The notes under the pieces are model-generated. The model was not told where the DNA came from. It did not search any database and saw only the letters and a program-made list of their open reading frames with translations. A stretch of 64,000 bases of DNA from Alphaproteobacteria bacterium (GTDB lineage: Bacteria; Pseudomonadota; Alphaproteobacteria; UBA828): positions 96,001 to 160,000 of the forward strand of contig CBDEFM010000002.1 in the NCBI GenBank assembly GCA_965237415.1, in the 5' to 3' direction. Below, one piece after another: positions 38,978 to 50,761 of the stretch (positions are counted from its first letter, which is position 1; every line of letters begins with the position of its first letter). Position numbers and translations under genes: made by a program.

Positions 38978-40114
38978 ATGAATAATGCCGTCATCGCCGG
39001 CTATGTCCGTTCGCCCTTCCACTTTGCCCACAAGGGCGCGCTGGTCGAGAAGCGCCCGGACGATCTCGCGGCCGAGGTCGTGCAGGGACTGATCGATCAG
39101 ACCGGCCTCGATCCCGCCGAGATCGAGGACCTGATCATCGGCTGCGCCTTTCCCGAGGGCGAGCAGGGCTTCAACCTGGGGCGCATCGTGGCGCTCATCG
39201 CGGAGCTCCCGATTTCGGTCGCCGGCGCCACCGTCAACCGCTTCTGCGGCTCGTCGATGCAGGCGATCCACATCGCCGCCGGCGCGGTCCGCATGGATGC
39301 CGGCGAGGCGTTCATCTGCGCCGGCGTCGAGTCCATGAGCCGCGTGCCCATGGGCGGCTTCAATCCGGCGCCCAACCCCGATCTCTATGAGAAGAACGAG
39401 GGCGCCTACATGCCCATGGGCGAGACCGCCGAAAACCTCGCACGCAAGTACCAGATCACCCGCGAGGAGCAGGAGTCGCTGGCGGTTGCGAGCCACGCCC
39501 GCGCCGCCCAAGCCTGGGACGACGGCAAGTTCGCCGGCGAGGTGATCGCGGTCGAGACCAGCGATGGCACGGTCGAGCGCGACGGCTGCATCCGCCCCGG
39601 CACCAATGCCGAGGTCCTCGCCGGCCTGGAGCCCGCCTTCGATGCCGACGGCACTGTCACGGCCGGCACCTCGTCCCCGCTCACCGACGGTGCCGCCGCC
39701 GTGCTGGTCTGCACCGAGGACTACGCCGCGCGCAACGGGCTCGCGGTGCTCGCCCGCATCAAGGCCATCGCGGTGGCCGGCTGCCCGCCGGAGATCATGG
39801 GCTACGGCCCGGTCGTCTCGTCGGAGAAGGCGCTCGCCCGTGCCGGGCTCAAGATGTCCGATATCGACGTGATCGAGCTCAACGAGGCCTTCGCCGTGCA
39901 GGCGCTCGCCTGCGTGCGCGAGCTTTCCATCGATCTGGAGCGCATGAACATCGACGGCGGCGCCATCGCCATCGGCCACCCGTTGGGCGCGACCGGCGCG
40001 CGCATCACCGGCAAGGCGGCGCAGATCCTTCGCCGCGAAGACAAGCGCTATGCGCTGGCCACCCAGTGCATTGGCGGCGGCCAGGGCATCTCCACCGTTC
40101 TTGAGGCCGCCTGA
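38978..40114 (+). CDS. acetyl-CoA C-acyltransferase (thiolase)
   Basis: VNRFCGSS, NEAFA, GHPLGATG, CIGGGQG. Confidence 0.95.
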   Translation: MNNAVIAGYVRSPFHFAHKGALVEKRPDDLAAEVVQGLIDQTGLDPAEIEDLIIGCAFPEGEQGFNLGRIVALIAELPISVAGATVNRFCGSSMQAIHIAAGAVRMDAGEAFICAGVESMSRVPMGGFNPAPNPDLYEKNEGAYMPMGETAENLARKYQITREEQESLAVASHARAAQAWDDGKFAGEVIAVETSDGTVERDGCIRPGTNAEVLAGLEPAFDADGTVTAGTSSPLTDGAAAVLVCTEDYAARNGLAVLARIKAIAVAGCPPEIMGYGPVVSSEKALARAGLKMSDIDVIELNEAFAVQALACVRELSIDLERMNIDGGAIAIGHPLGATGARITGKAAQILRREDKRYALATQCIGGGQGISTVLEAA

Positions 40115-42441
40115 TGGCAATCCAGAAGGCCGCCGTCATCGGGGCGGGTCTGATGGGCGGCGGCATCGCCGCCCACATCGCCAACGGGGGCCACGACGTG
40201 GTGCTGCTCGATATCGTGCCGGACGGCGCGAGCAAGCGGAACGCGCTGGCCGAGGGCGCCGTCGCCCGGATGCTCAAGACGGACCCCGCGCCCTTCATGG
40301 AGAAATCCGACGCCAAGCGCATCACCACCGGCAATATCGAGGACCACCTGCACCTTTTAAGCGATGCGGACTGGATCGTCGAAGCGGTGATCGAGACGGT
40401 GGACGCCAAGCAGGCCACCTATCGCAAGATCGATTCGGTGCGCAAAGAGGGCGCGATCGTCTCCTCCAACACGTCGACCATTCCCTCCGCCGTGCTGCTC
40501 GACGGCATGCCGGAGGCGTTCGCGCGGGACTTCCTCATCACCCACTTCTTCAACCCGCCGCGCTACATGCGGCTCTTGGAAGTGGTGGCGGGGCCAAAGA
40601 CCCGGGCGGAGGCCGTCGCGGAAGTCTGCGACTTCGCCGACCGCAAGCTCGGCAAGGGCGTGGTGCCCTGCAACGACACGCCCGGCTTCATCGCCAACCG
40701 CATCGGTACCTACTGGCTGATCGCTGCCGTGCGCGCAGCGATCGAGAGCGGGGTGACGGTGGAGGAGGCCGACGCGGTGCTGAGCCGCCCCATCGGCGTG
40801 CCGAAGACCGGCGTCTTCGGGCTGATCGATCTGGTCGGCCTCGACCTGATGCCGCTGGTCGGGCGCAGCCTCAGGGATGCGCTGCCGGAGAGCGATCCCT
40901 TCCACGCGGTCTACGACGAACCCGCGTTCATCGGCGAGATGATCGAGAGCGGCTATATCGGCCGCAAGGGCAAGGGCGGCTTCTACAGGCTGAAGCCCGG
41001 CTCCGAGAAGAAAGAGAAGGAGGTGCGCGACCTCGCCACCGGCGAGTACGGGCCTGCCCTTCGCCCCCGGCTCGAGAGCGTCGAGCAGGCGGGCCGCTCG
41101 CTCCGGGCGTTGTTCGAGCATCCGGACAAGACCGGCGCCTACGCCTGGCAGGTGATGTCGGGCACGCTCGCCTACACCGCCGGGCTGGTGCCCGAGATTG
41201 CCGACGATGTCGAAGCGGTCGATCGCGCCATGCGCCTCGGCTACGCTTGGAAGCGCGGCCCCTTCGAGATGATCGATTTGGTCGGCGCCGACTGGTTCGC
41301 AGAGAAGCTCGCCGCAGAGGGCAGGGAGGTGCCGCCGCTGCTGCAGGTGGCGGCGGACGGCGGCGGCTTCTATCGGATCGCAGACGGCCGCGCCACGCAT
41401 CTCGCCGGCGGCGGCACGTACGTGCCGCTTGCGCGGCCCGACGGCATGCTCCTCCTCTCCGACATCAAGCGCGCCGGCAAGCCGCTCGCCCGCAACGGCT
41501 CGGCGAGCCTCTGGAACATCGGCGACGGCGTCGCCTGCCTCGAATTCCACAGCAAGATGAATGCGCTCGACACCGAGATCATGGCGCTGGTCGGGCAGTC
41601 GGTGGAGATCGTGGGCGGCAGGATGAAGGCGCTGGTGATCCACAACGAGGGCAGCAGTTTCTCTGTCGGCATGAATCTCGGCCTTGCGCTCTTCGTCGTG
41701 AACGTCGGCGCGTGGTCGATGATCGAGGAGACGGCGAAGCAGGGTCAGGACGCCTTCCGCTCGCTCAAGTTCGCGCCCTTCCCGGTGGTGGGCGCGCCTT
41801 CCGGCATGGCGCTCGGTGGCGGTTGCGAGGTCCTGCTGCACTGCGATGCGGTGCAGGCCCACGCCGAGAGCTATATGGGCCTGGTCGAGGTCGGTGTCGG
41901 CCTCGTCCCCGGATGGGGCGGCTGCAAGGAGATGATGCTGCGCGGGCTCAATGCCGGCCGGTCCGGCTTCGGCGGCGCGATGCCGGCGATCTCCAGGGTT
42001 TTCGAGACCATCGGCCTCGCCAGGGTCTCACGCTCTGCGAAGGAGGCGCGAAAAATCGGATTCCTGCGCGACGGCGATGCGATCACCGCCAACCGCGACC
42101 GGCTGCTGGCCGATGCCAAGGCCAAGGCGCTGGCACTGGCGGAGAACTACACGCCGCCGGAGCCTGCGACGGTCAAGCTGCCGGGCAAGACCGGGCGCGT
42201 CGCTCTCAAGATGGCGGTTCGCGGGCTCGCCAAGACCCGCAAGGCGACGCCCCACGATCTGGTGGTGATCGAGCATCTGGGCAACGTGCTCACCGGCGGC
42301 GAGACCGACACGACGAGGGAGGTCTCGGAGGACCGCCTCTCGGAGCTGGAGCGCGAGGCGCTGCTTGCGCTGATCCGCATGCCCGCCACCATCGCCCGCA
42401 TGGAGCACATGCTGGAGACCGGCAAGCCGCTCAGGAACTAG
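40114..42441 (+). CDS. 3-hydroxyacyl-CoA dehydrogenase / enoyl-CoA hydratase (FadN-type)
   Basis: VIGAGLMG, SSNTS, HFFNPPRY, GGGCE, GLVEVGVG, GKPLRN. Confidence 0.93.
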   Translation: MAIQKAAVIGAGLMGGGIAAHIANGGHDVVLLDIVPDGASKRNALAEGAVARMLKTDPAPFMEKSDAKRITTGNIEDHLHLLSDADWIVEAVIETVDAKQATYRKIDSVRKEGAIVSSNTSTIPSAVLLDGMPEAFARDFLITHFFNPPRYMRLLEVVAGPKTRAEAVAEVCDFADRKLGKGVVPCNDTPGFIANRIGTYWLIAAVRAAIESGVTVEEADAVLSRPIGVPKTGVFGLIDLVGLDLMPLVGRSLRDALPESDPFHAVYDEPAFIGEMIESGYIGRKGKGGFYRLKPGSEKKEKEVRDLATGEYGPALRPRLESVEQAGRSLRALFEHPDKTGAYAWQVMSGTLAYTAGLVPEIADDVEAVDRAMRLGYAWKRGPFEMIDLVGADWFAEKLAAEGREVPPLLQVAADGGGFYRIADGRATHLAGGGTYVPLARPDGMLLLSDIKRAGKPLARNGSASLWNIGDGVACLEFHSKMNALDTEIMALVGQSVEIVGGRMKALVIHNEGSSFSVGMNLGLALFVVNVGAWSMIEETAKQGQDAFRSLKFAPFPVVGAPSGMALGGGCEVLLHCDAVQAHAESYMGLVEVGVGLVPGWGGCKEMMLRGLNAGRSGFGGAMPAISRVFETIGLARVSRSAKEARKIGFLRDGDAITANRDRLLADAKAKALALAENYTPPEPATVKLPGKTGRVALKMAVRGLAKTRKATPHDLVVIEHLGNVLTGGETDTTREVSEDRLSELEREALLALIRMPATIARMEHMLETGKPLRN

Positions 42442-42504
42442 CATCGTCAGCAGCGCGGCGAGGCGCGCAGAGGGCGGCGGGAGCGAAGAGGCAGGAGCTG
42501 TGAC

Positions 42505-43341
42505 ATGAGTGGCGTGGCCTGGACCCTCGCGGTCGCGCAGATGGATTGCGCCACCGGCGATACGGAGAGGAACCTCGCGACCATCGCCCGCTTCGCCCGC
42601 GAGGCTGCATCCCTGCAGGCCGACCTCGCGGTCTTTCCCGAATGCGCCACCACCGGCTACTTCCTTGGCGACCGGCTCGCCGACCTGGCTGAGCCGGCCG
42701 ACGGGCCGAGCGCGCAGCGCCTCGGCGAGATCGCGCGGGAGAACGCGGTGACCATGGCCGTCGGCGCCTATACGCAGCGCGACGGCGGCATCTACGATTC
42801 GCAGCTCCTGTTCGGGCCCGACGGGCAATGCCTCGCGGTCTACGACAAGGCTCATCTCTTCGCCGGCGAGCGCGAGAGCTGCCGCGCCGGCGACCGAGCC
42901 TGCGTGGTCGAGACACCGCTCGGCAAGATCGGGATGACGGTCTGCTACGACTTCATCTTCGCCGATTATGTGCGCCGTCTGGCCGACCTCGGCGCCGACT
43001 TGATCGTCAACAGCACCAACTGGATTTCCGACGCGTATCAGCGGGAGACCTGGGGCTGGAGCGGGCCGGTAACCCAAGGCCTCGCCGCCACCAGGGCGCT
43101 GGAGAACGGCACCTTCGTCGCCATGGCCAACCGCGTCGGCGACGAGGAGCTGGCGCCCGGCCTCTCGTTCACCAGCCTCGGCCATTCCTGCATCGCGGCT
43201 CCCTCCGGCAAGATTCTCGCGGCGCTCGCGGAGGGCGAAGGGCTAGCCGTGGCGCGCATCGACATCGCGCAGGAGGACCTCGACCGCTGGCGCGCCATCG
43301 CGACCTATCGCGAGGACCGCCGCCCCGAGCTCACCGGATGA
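42505..43341 (+). CDS. carbon-nitrogen hydrolase (nitrilase superfamily)
   Basis: FPE, YDKAHL, VCYD catalytic E-K-C triad; RALEN, ANRVG. Confidence 0.92.
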   Translation: MSGVAWTLAVAQMDCATGDTERNLATIARFAREAASLQADLAVFPECATTGYFLGDRLADLAEPADGPSAQRLGEIARENAVTMAVGAYTQRDGGIYDSQLLFGPDGQCLAVYDKAHLFAGERESCRAGDRACVVETPLGKIGMTVCYDFIFADYVRRLADLGADLIVNSTNWISDAYQRETWGWSGPVTQGLAATRALENGTFVAMANRVGDEELAPGLSFTSLGHSCIAAPSGKILAALAEGEGLAVARIDIAQEDLDRWRAIATYREDRRPELTG

Positions 43342-44399
43342 ACGAACCGGGCGCGACAGCATGGCCCGCGCGCTTCGCCGACGAGGCCGCGCTCGAGGAC
43401 CTGATGATTACGCCCGCGGATACGCTCCGCGCCGCGCTGGCCCGCGTCGATGGCGACATCATCGTGCTGGGCGTCGGCGGCAAGATGGGGCCGACGCTGG
43501 CGGGCCTCGCCAAGCGGGCCGCGCCGGATAAGCGCGTCGTCGGCGTCGCCCGCTTCACCGACCCGCGCGTTCGGGACAAGCTCGCCGCCTGGGGGGTGGA
43601 GACGATCCAATGCGACCTCACGGACCGCCACGCGGTCGCAGGCCTGCCGCGGCTCCCCAACGTGGTGTTCATGGCAGGGCGCAAGTTCGGCGCCGTCGGC
43701 GACGACGATGTGACCTGGGCGATGAACGCCTACGTGCCCGCCATCGTTGCAGAGACCTTCCACGAGTCCAGGATCGTCGCGTTCTCCACCGGCTGTGTCT
43801 ATCCCTTCGTCGATGTCCGCTCCCAGGGGGCGACCGAGGAGACGCCGCCGACGCCGCCCCCCGGCGAGTACGCCAACTCCTGCGTCGGCCGCGAGCGGCT
43901 GATCCAGTACTTCTCGCGCCGCCTCGGCACGCCGGGTCGCTTGGTGCGGCTCAATTACGCGATCGACATGCGCTACGGCGTGCTGCATGACGTCGCCCGC
44001 AAGGTGCAGGGCGGGGTGCCCATCGACCTCACCACGGGCCACGTCAACGTGATCTGGCAAGGGGATGCCAACGCCATGGCGCTGCGCTGCTTCGAGCACT
44101 GCACCGTGCCCGCCGCGCCCATCAACGTCAGCGGGCCCGAGACCGTGAGCATCCGCGCGCTGGCGGCGGCCTTCGGCGAGCGGCTGGGGCGCGAGCCGGT
44201 CTTCGCGGACGAAGAGGCGCCGACGGGCTGGCTTACCAACACCGAACGCGCCTGCGCCCTCTTCGGCTATCCGCGCGTGCCGCTGGGGCGGATGATCGAC
44301 TGGGTGGCGGACTGGGTCGCGCATGACATGCCGAGCCTCGCCAAGCCCACCCAGTACGAGGTGCGGGACGGCGTGTTCCAAACGCCGCCGGCCTCATGA
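43338..44399 (+). CDS. NAD-dependent epimerase/dehydratase family protein
   Basis: [32 protein letters not shown]. Confidence 0.88.
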   Translation: MNEPGATAWPARFADEAALEDLMITPADTLRAALARVDGDIIVLGVGGKMGPTLAGLAKRAAPDKRVVGVARFTDPRVRDKLAAWGVETIQCDLTDRHAVAGLPRLPNVVFMAGRKFGAVGDDDVTWAMNAYVPAIVAETFHESRIVAFSTGCVYPFVDVRSQGATEETPPTPPPGEYANSCVGRERLIQYFSRRLGTPGRLVRLNYAIDMRYGVLHDVARKVQGGVPIDLTTGHVNVIWQGDANAMALRCFEHCTVPAAPINVSGPETVSIRALAAAFGERLGREPVFADEEAPTGWLTNTERACALFGYPRVPLGRMIDWVADWVAHDMPSLAKPTQYEVRDGVFQTPPAS

Positions 44400-45457
44400 G
44401 CCTCGCCTGGGATCAGGTGCCGGCGCCGGTGCGGGCGGCGCTCGCGCGGGGCGTGGTGATCCCGGCGCACCCGCTCGCGCTCGATGCCGACCGCCGGCTG
44501 GATGCGGAGCGGCAGCGGGCGCTTTCCCGCTACTACATCGACGCCGGTGCCGGCGGGCTCGCGGTCGGCGTCCACACCACGCAGTTCGCGATCCGTGAAG
44601 CCGGGTTCTACGAGCCGGTGCTGCGGCTTGCCGCCGAGACCGCCGACGCCTGGACCGACCGTCCGCTGGTGCGGATCGCGGGCCTCGTCGGGCGGACGGA
44701 TCAGGCGCTCGCCGAGGCGGATATCGCGCTCGGCCTCGGCTACCACGCAGGCATGGTGAGCCTCGCCGCCTTCGCCTCAGCCAGCGAGGACGAACGGCTC
44801 GATCATTGCGCCAGGCTGGCCCGGCGCATCCCGCTGGTGGGCTTCTACCTGCAACCGGCGGTGGGCGGCGTCGTGCTGGGGCCCGCCTTCTGGCGCCGCC
44901 TGGCTGCGCTCGACAACGTGGTGGCCATCAAGATCGCGCCCTTCAACCGCTACCGCACCCTCGACGTGGTGCGTGGCGTCGTCGAGGCCGGCGCCGAGGA
45001 TCGCGTGACCCTCTACACCGGCAACGACGACCATATCCTGCTCGATCTCGTCACGCCGTACAGTCTGATGCGCGGCGGCGAGGCGGTCACGCTGCGCATC
45101 AAGGGCGGGCTGCTCGGCCACTGGAGCGTCTGGGTCAAGCGGGCCGTGGAGTTGCTCGACCGCGCGCATGCGGCGGTGGACGCAGGCGCGATCGACCCGG
45201 ATTTTCTCGCGCTCGATGCCCAGATCACCGATTGCAACGCCGCTCTCTTCGATGTCGCCAACGATTTTCGGGGCTGCATCGCAGGCTGCCACGAGGTGCT
45301 GCGCCGCCAGGGGCTGCTGCGCGGCATCTGGTGCCTCGACCCGGAGGAAGGGCTGAGCCCCGGCCAGGCGGCCGAGATCGACCGCGTCTCGGCGGCTTAC
45401 CCCGAACTCACCGACGACGACTACGTGAGCGCCAATCTCGCGCGCTGGCTCGCCTGA
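44396..45457 (+). CDS. dihydrodipicolinate synthase (DapA)-family aldolase/lyase
   Basis: [33 protein letters not shown]. Confidence 0.88.
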   Translation: MSLAWDQVPAPVRAALARGVVIPAHPLALDADRRLDAERQRALSRYYIDAGAGGLAVGVHTTQFAIREAGFYEPVLRLAAETADAWTDRPLVRIAGLVGRTDQALAEADIALGLGYHAGMVSLAAFASASEDERLDHCARLARRIPLVGFYLQPAVGGVVLGPAFWRRLAALDNVVAIKIAPFNRYRTLDVVRGVVEAGAEDRVTLYTGNDDHILLDLVTPYSLMRGGEAVTLRIKGGLLGHWSVWVKRAVELLDRAHAAVDAGAIDPDFLALDAQITDCNAALFDVANDFRGCIAGCHEVLRRQGLLRGIWCLDPEEGLSPGQAAEIDRVSAAYPELTDDDYVSANLARWLA

Positions 45458-45490
45458 GGGCCCGCGACGCTCGGTGGATTAAGGAGACCC

Positions 45491-46654
45491 ATGGGCGTCC
45501 ACTTTGCACAATCGGAATTCGACCGGCGTCGCGACGCGGCGGTCCGTGCGCTGAAGGCGCGCGGTCTCGCCGGCATCCTGCTCTTCAAGCAGGAGAGCAT
45601 GTTCTACCTCACGGGTTACGACACGTTCGGCTTCTGCTTCTTCCAGTGCCTCTGGCTGGGGAGCGACGGGCGGATGACCCTGCTCACCCGCGCGCCGGAT
45701 CTCAGGCAGGCGCAGCATACGTCGATCATCGACGACATCCGCATCTGGGTCGATGAGGCCGGCGCCGATCCCGCCGGCGCCCTGCGCGACGTGGTGGCCG
45801 AGCATGGCGGGGCCGGCAAGCTCATCGGCATCGAACGCGATACCCACGGGTTGACGGCGGCGAACTGGCTCAAGGTCGAGGCGGCATTCCGGGAGTTCTG
45901 CTCGCTGGAGGACGCGTCGGACCTCGTCTCCGCGCTCCGCCTCGTCAAGAGCGACGATGAGCTTGCCTATGTGCGTCGCGCGGCCGAACTCGCCGACGAT
46001 GCCCTGGCGGAGGCCGAGCGGCTGTGCGCGCCGGGCGCGTTCGAGGGCGATATCCTCGCCGCGATGCAAGGGGCGGTCTTCCGCGGCGGCGGCGAGTATC
46101 CGGGAAACCCGTTCATCCTCAGCTCCGGGCCCGACGCGCTGCTCTGCCGGGACAAGGCCGGCCGGCGCCGGCTCGCTGAGCGGGACCAGCTCACCATCGA
46201 ATTCGCCGGTGCCTATTGCCGCTATCACGCGGCGCTCATGCGCACCCTCGTGGTCGGCCCTGTCTCCGACGAGCACGAGGCCATGCACCGGGCGTGCGGA
46301 GACGCCCTCGATGCGTGCCGGGATACCCTGCACCCCGGCCGGCGCTTCGGTGAGGTCTTCGATGCCCACGCCAGGGTGCTCGACGCGGCGGGCTACCGCG
46401 CGCATCGCCTCAACGCCTGCGGCTACAGCCTGGGCGCGACCTTCGCGCCGTCATGGATGGACGGCCCGATGTTCTACGCCGGCAATCCGAAAACCGTGGA
46501 GTCGGGGATGGTGCTCTTCGTTCACATCATCCTCGCCAACAGCGAGTCCGGGCTCGCCATGACGCTGGGAGAGACCTACGCGGTCACCGACGATGGCCCC
46601 GCGTGCCTGAGCCGGGCCCCGCGCAATCTCGTGCCCGGCGGCGGCCAGCGGTAG
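45491..46654 (+). CDS. M24 Xaa-Pro peptidase / creatinase-like hydrolase
   Basis: YLTGYD, RLVKS..E, YHAALMRT, GYSLG. Confidence 0.88.
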   Translation: MGVHFAQSEFDRRRDAAVRALKARGLAGILLFKQESMFYLTGYDTFGFCFFQCLWLGSDGRMTLLTRAPDLRQAQHTSIIDDIRIWVDEAGADPAGALRDVVAEHGGAGKLIGIERDTHGLTAANWLKVEAAFREFCSLEDASDLVSALRLVKSDDELAYVRRAAELADDALAEAERLCAPGAFEGDILAAMQGAVFRGGGEYPGNPFILSSGPDALLCRDKAGRRRLAERDQLTIEFAGAYCRYHAALMRTLVVGPVSDEHEAMHRACGDALDACRDTLHPGRRFGEVFDAHARVLDAAGYRAHRLNACGYSLGATFAPSWMDGPMFYAGNPKTVESGMVLFVHIILANSESGLAMTLGETYAVTDDGPACLSRAPRNLVPGGGQR

Positions 46655-46728
46655 GGGGCGGGTTCGCCTATCTCTATGCGCAATTGCCTGATAACCGATT
46701 GCGGATGTGTCGCCGAGAGGCTCGAGAA

Positions 46729-47892
46729 TTGAAGAATGCTCGGGTGATGATCCCGGTGTATTTCAATGCGCCACTCGGCGGACTTCAATCGCATGTGCGA
46801 GCGCAATGCACAGCCCTGCGCAAATCGGGGAATCACGCAGTTGTGATGTGCAAGCCGGGACCATTTGCCGACATTTTACGAAATGATGGCGTGAAGGTGT
46901 TGACGACAGACTTTCAGGATTTGCAGATATCGATCGACGCGGCTTTGGCGGCGGGCCCTTATGACTTGATCCATGCGCATCCGTTTAAGTCGCGAAAGGT
47001 GGGACTGGCTGTAGCCACAACAAGCGGCCTTCCGCTCGTCGTTACGTTTCACGGCAATTATCTAGACGGCCTAGACCAATGGCATGACTGCGCCGATGCA
47101 ATCATAGCGGTGAGCCCAATCATTCGCGACCGTTTGCTGAGTAAAGCGTGTATTTCTGCAACCAAGTTGGTGACGATACCCAACGGCGTAAACCTTTCAG
47201 TCTTTTCGAACAAGTGGGCTAGTCAGGACCAACTCCTCGATGGTGAACAGCAGTACGCTCAAAATCTGGAGGAGAACAGGCAAACAATACTTTTCGTGTC
47301 ACGTTTGGATCCCGACAAGCGCTGCGCGTTGGACGCCATCAGCCATTGCTGGGCGCGATGCATCGAAACCCGCACCTTTGCAATAGACTGGTCGGTCGCA
47401 GGTGATGGCAGCGAACGTGGAGTGTTGGAACAGGAAGCAGCCAAACTCAACGAAGCTGCCGGTCGTCAGGTGGTCCGGTTTCACGGATGGCTGGACGAGT
47501 TAGAGTTGGCAAAGCGCTGCAGAGCCGCTGACCTCGCAATTGGTCCTGGGCGCTGTGCTATGGAAGCAATGGCCTGCGGCACCCCGGCAATCGCGGTGGC
47601 GCGGCATTACTATCTCGGTCTGGTTGAGGCTGACCGATTTCTCGCAGCGGTCTACACAAATTTCGGTGGCGGCGAATACAGAGAACATGGACGTACACCC
47701 GATAAGATGTTCGATGACGTCGTATCGGTCATTTATGATCAAGAACTAATGCAACGGATTGGTGAAACATCGTTCGCGCTAATCAAAGCATATTTTGATC
47801 AAAACTTGCTCGACGACCAATTGCTGAGCCTCTATTCAACGCTGACGAGTGGTGGGAGGGGAAAGTCACCGTGTCGCCTACGCCCGGAATAG
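46729..47892 (+). CDS. glycosyltransferase family 4 (lower GC)
   Basis: GGLQSH, IHAH, VVTFHG, IPNGV, VSRL..DK, MEAMACG.P; start uncertain. Confidence 0.85.
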   Translation: MKNARVMIPVYFNAPLGGLQSHVRAQCTALRKSGNHAVVMCKPGPFADILRNDGVKVLTTDFQDLQISIDAALAAGPYDLIHAHPFKSRKVGLAVATTSGLPLVVTFHGNYLDGLDQWHDCADAIIAVSPIIRDRLLSKACISATKLVTIPNGVNLSVFSNKWASQDQLLDGEQQYAQNLEENRQTILFVSRLDPDKRCALDAISHCWARCIETRTFAIDWSVAGDGSERGVLEQEAAKLNEAAGRQVVRFHGWLDELELAKRCRAADLAIGPGRCAMEAMACGTPAIAVARHYYLGLVEADRFLAAVYTNFGGGEYREHGRTPDKMFDDVVSVIYDQELMQRIGETSFALIKAYFDQNLLDDQLLSLYSTLTSGGRGKSPCRLRPE

Positions 47893-47910
47893 GCCCAGAA
47901 GACCGGCACG

Positions 47911-48650
47911 ATGCCCAAGTATGAAGTCGCGCTGAGCGAGTCTTGCTTCCCGGTGCAGGAGGATCGCGAGGTTCGCGAGACCAACGTCGGCGGCCTGCTG
48001 CGCGAGACTGCGGCGCGAGACTGCGGCGCGGCGTCCCTCGGCGGAGGCTCTCGTCGAGGTGCGGCGGTCCGGCGAGATCGGGCGGCGCTGGAGCTACGCG
48101 GCGCTGCTTGCCGAAAGCGAGCGGTTGGCGCTGGCGTTGGCCTCGCGGTTTCGCCGGGGCGAACGGGTCGTCGTCTGGTCGGCCAACAGCCCGGAATGGG
48201 TCCTGATGGAGTACGCCTGCGCCCTTGCCGGGCTGGTGTTGGTCACGGCGAACCCGGCCTACCAGGTGCGGGAGCTGCGGTACGTGCTCGAGCAATCGGG
48301 AGCCGTGGCGTTGTTCCTGGTCGATGAGTACCGGGGCAATCCGATGGCCGAGATCGGCGCCGAAGCCGACGACGGGCTGGGTGCGGTCCGCGAAGTCGTC
48401 GACATGAACGATGCGGCGGCGCTCCATGCCGTGGCCGGTTCGGCGGCGGCGCAGGCGTTGCCCCACGTGTCGCCCGGCGACGCGGCACAGATCCAATAGA
48501 CCTCGGGCACGACGGGCTTCCCCAAGGGCGCGGTGCTGAGCCACCGGGGGCTCGTCAACAACGCGCGCTACTACGCGGGTCGCTGCGGCGTGACCGAGCG
48601 AACCACCTGGATCAACCCCATGCCGATGTTCCACACCAGCGGGCGCACCT
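47911..48650 (+). pseudogene. AMP-binding acyl-CoA synthetase, frameshifted and truncated
   Basis: 13-bp tandem duplication 48000-48025 (+1 shift); TAG at 48497-48499 within Q*TSGTTGFPKG; ends after PMFHT. Confidence 0.88.
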
Positions 48651-48762
48651 GCGGTGCTAACATACTGATATAGAATTGCTTTTTTCCTCCTGTTCTGGCC
48701 CGGAGACGCGGATTCGGTCCGCGTTTTCTCCCCGGCTGCAACAGAATGCGGGAGGAAATTCC

Positions 48763-49830
48763 ATGGCGACGCTACGCCTCAACGAACGCCGTGTCCACAC
48801 GCTCAAGCCCCACAAGTCCTCTTACGACGTCCGCGACCGCGAACTCACCGGCTTCGGCGTGAGGGTCCTGCCCTCTGGCGCTAAGCGGTACTTCATCCAT
48901 AGCCAGCACCACGGCCGGCGGGTCTGGAAAATCATCGGTCGGGCCGGGTCCATCGGCGTGGACGAGGCCCGTGATCGGGCCAGGGTTACGCTCGCCTCGA
49001 TCCGGAATGGAACTGACGAGCAGGCCGCGGCTCCACAGGACACCGTCTTCGAGACAGTCGGCGACGAGGTGTTCCGGCGATATGCTCGCAACTGGAAACC
49101 CTCGACCCTCAAGGTCAACCGGAACTACTACCGCAACCATATTCTGCCGTGGTTCGAAGGACGCCCGATCGGCGACATCGCCGCCCACGACGTCCGGCGC
49201 TGGTTCGCGTCGCTCCACAGTACCCCGGTGTCGGCGGACCGGTCTGCCCCCATCCTGTCGGTCATCATGCGCCAGGCCGAGGTCTACGGCTACCGGCCGG
49301 AGGGAACCAATCCGTGCGCAGGCATCAGGCGATATCGGCGCCAGGGGCGGGAGCGATTCCTGTCGGCAACGGAATTCGGCCGACTGGGCGGGGTGCTTGC
49401 ACGCTACGAAGCCGATCATCCGCAGGCCGTGGCGATCATACTGCTGCTTCTCCTCACCGGATGCCGCAGGGGCGAGATTTTGACGCTGAAGTGGCACTTC
49501 TATCGCGAGGGCAAGTTGTTCCTGCCGGACAGCAAGACCGGTCCGCGCACGGTCTGGCTCTCGTCTGCCGCGCGCGCCATCCTCGACGATTTGCCCCGCA
49601 AGGCGGCCTGGGTCTTCCCCTCGCCGATAACGGACAGCTGTTTGTACGCGATGACGGTCCTGCAGGTCTGGCATTCCATGAGGGCGGAAGCGGAGTTGTG
49701 CGACGTCCGTCTTCACGATCTTCGTCATACCCATGCCAGCATCGCCTTGCGGCAGGGCGAGACCGTACTCGCCATCGGCCGGCTGCTCGGGCACCGCAAT
49801 GCGGAAACCACGCTCAAATACACCCATCCA
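48763..49830 (+). CDS. tyrosine recombinase/integrase with arm-binding domain, 3' end cut by IS21
   Basis: D.ELTGFGVRV, TGCRRGEI, SKTG, HDLRHT, LLGH, TT.KYTH; IS21 begins at 49831. Confidence 0.9.
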
Positions 49831-50032
49831 TGTCAAACGGCTTTCAATACTGACCCCCGATCGGCGTGCAAAATTGACCCCCCTGAGTGGCACGGCAGAG
49901 GTTGTCCCGGTAGTCAATAGGGGGGACCCGCGTGGCTTCGTGTAGCGCCCCGCGTTACGCGGAGCGAAGCCGCGTGGGGGGTCCCTGTTGGCCCACCGGG
50001 GCAACCGGGCCGCAGGGACGGCCGGCGCCAGG

Positions 50033-50761
50033 TCAGGAGCGGTTCTTGAAGCGCCAGCTCTCGTTGCCGGTCTCGATGATCTCGCAATGGTGGGTGAGAC
50101 GATCGAGCAGGGCTGTGGTCATCTTGGGGTCGCCGAAGACCGAGGGCCATTCGCCGAAGGCGAGGTTTGTGGTGATGACGATCGAGGTTCGCTCGTAGAG
50201 CCGGCTCATGAGGTGGAAGAGCAGCTGCCCGCCGGCCTGGGCGAAGGGCAGGTAGCCGAGTTCGTCGAGGATGACGAAGTCGCGGCGGACGAGCTGGTCT
50301 GCGGTGCGGCCCTGGCGTCCGGCGCGGAGCTCGGCCTCGAGGTGGTTGACCAGGTCGACGACGTTGTAGCACCGGCCGCGGGCGCCCTTTCGGATGCAGG
50401 ACCGGGCGATGGCGACGGCGAGATGGGTCTTGCCGGTGCCGGTGCCGCCGACCAGCACGATGTTGCGCTTGCCCTCCAGGAAGCCGCCACCGGCGAGCTC
50501 CTGGATCAGGGGCTCGTTGACCGGTGAGGCTGCGAAGTCGAAGTCGGCCAGCTCCTTGGCCGTCGGCAGCCTGGCGGACGCCATCTGGTACTTGATGGAG
50601 CGCGCCTGCTTGTCGGCGACCTCGGTCTGCAGCAGCGTACCGATGATCTGCTGCACCGGATGGCGGCGCTTGAGCCCGTCGGCGAGGATATCGTCGTAGG
50701 CGGCACGCATCCCCGCGAGCTTCAGCGCCGTCATCATCGCCAGCACCTCATGACGCTCCAT
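50033..50761 (-). CDS. istB: IS21 ATPase IstB
   Basis: [29 protein letters not shown]. Confidence 0.95.
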   Translation of the reverse strand: MERHEVLAMMTALKLAGMRAAYDDILADGLKRRHPVQQIIGTLLQTEVADKQARSIKYQMASARLPTAKELADFDFAASPVNEPLIQELAGGGFLEGKRNIVLVGGTGTGKTHLAVAIARSCIRKGARGRCYNVVDLVNHLEAELRAGRQGRTADQLVRRDFVILDELGYLPFAQAGGQLLFHLMSRLYERTSIVITTNLAFGEWPSVFGDPKMTTALLDRLTHHCEIIETGNESWRFKNRS

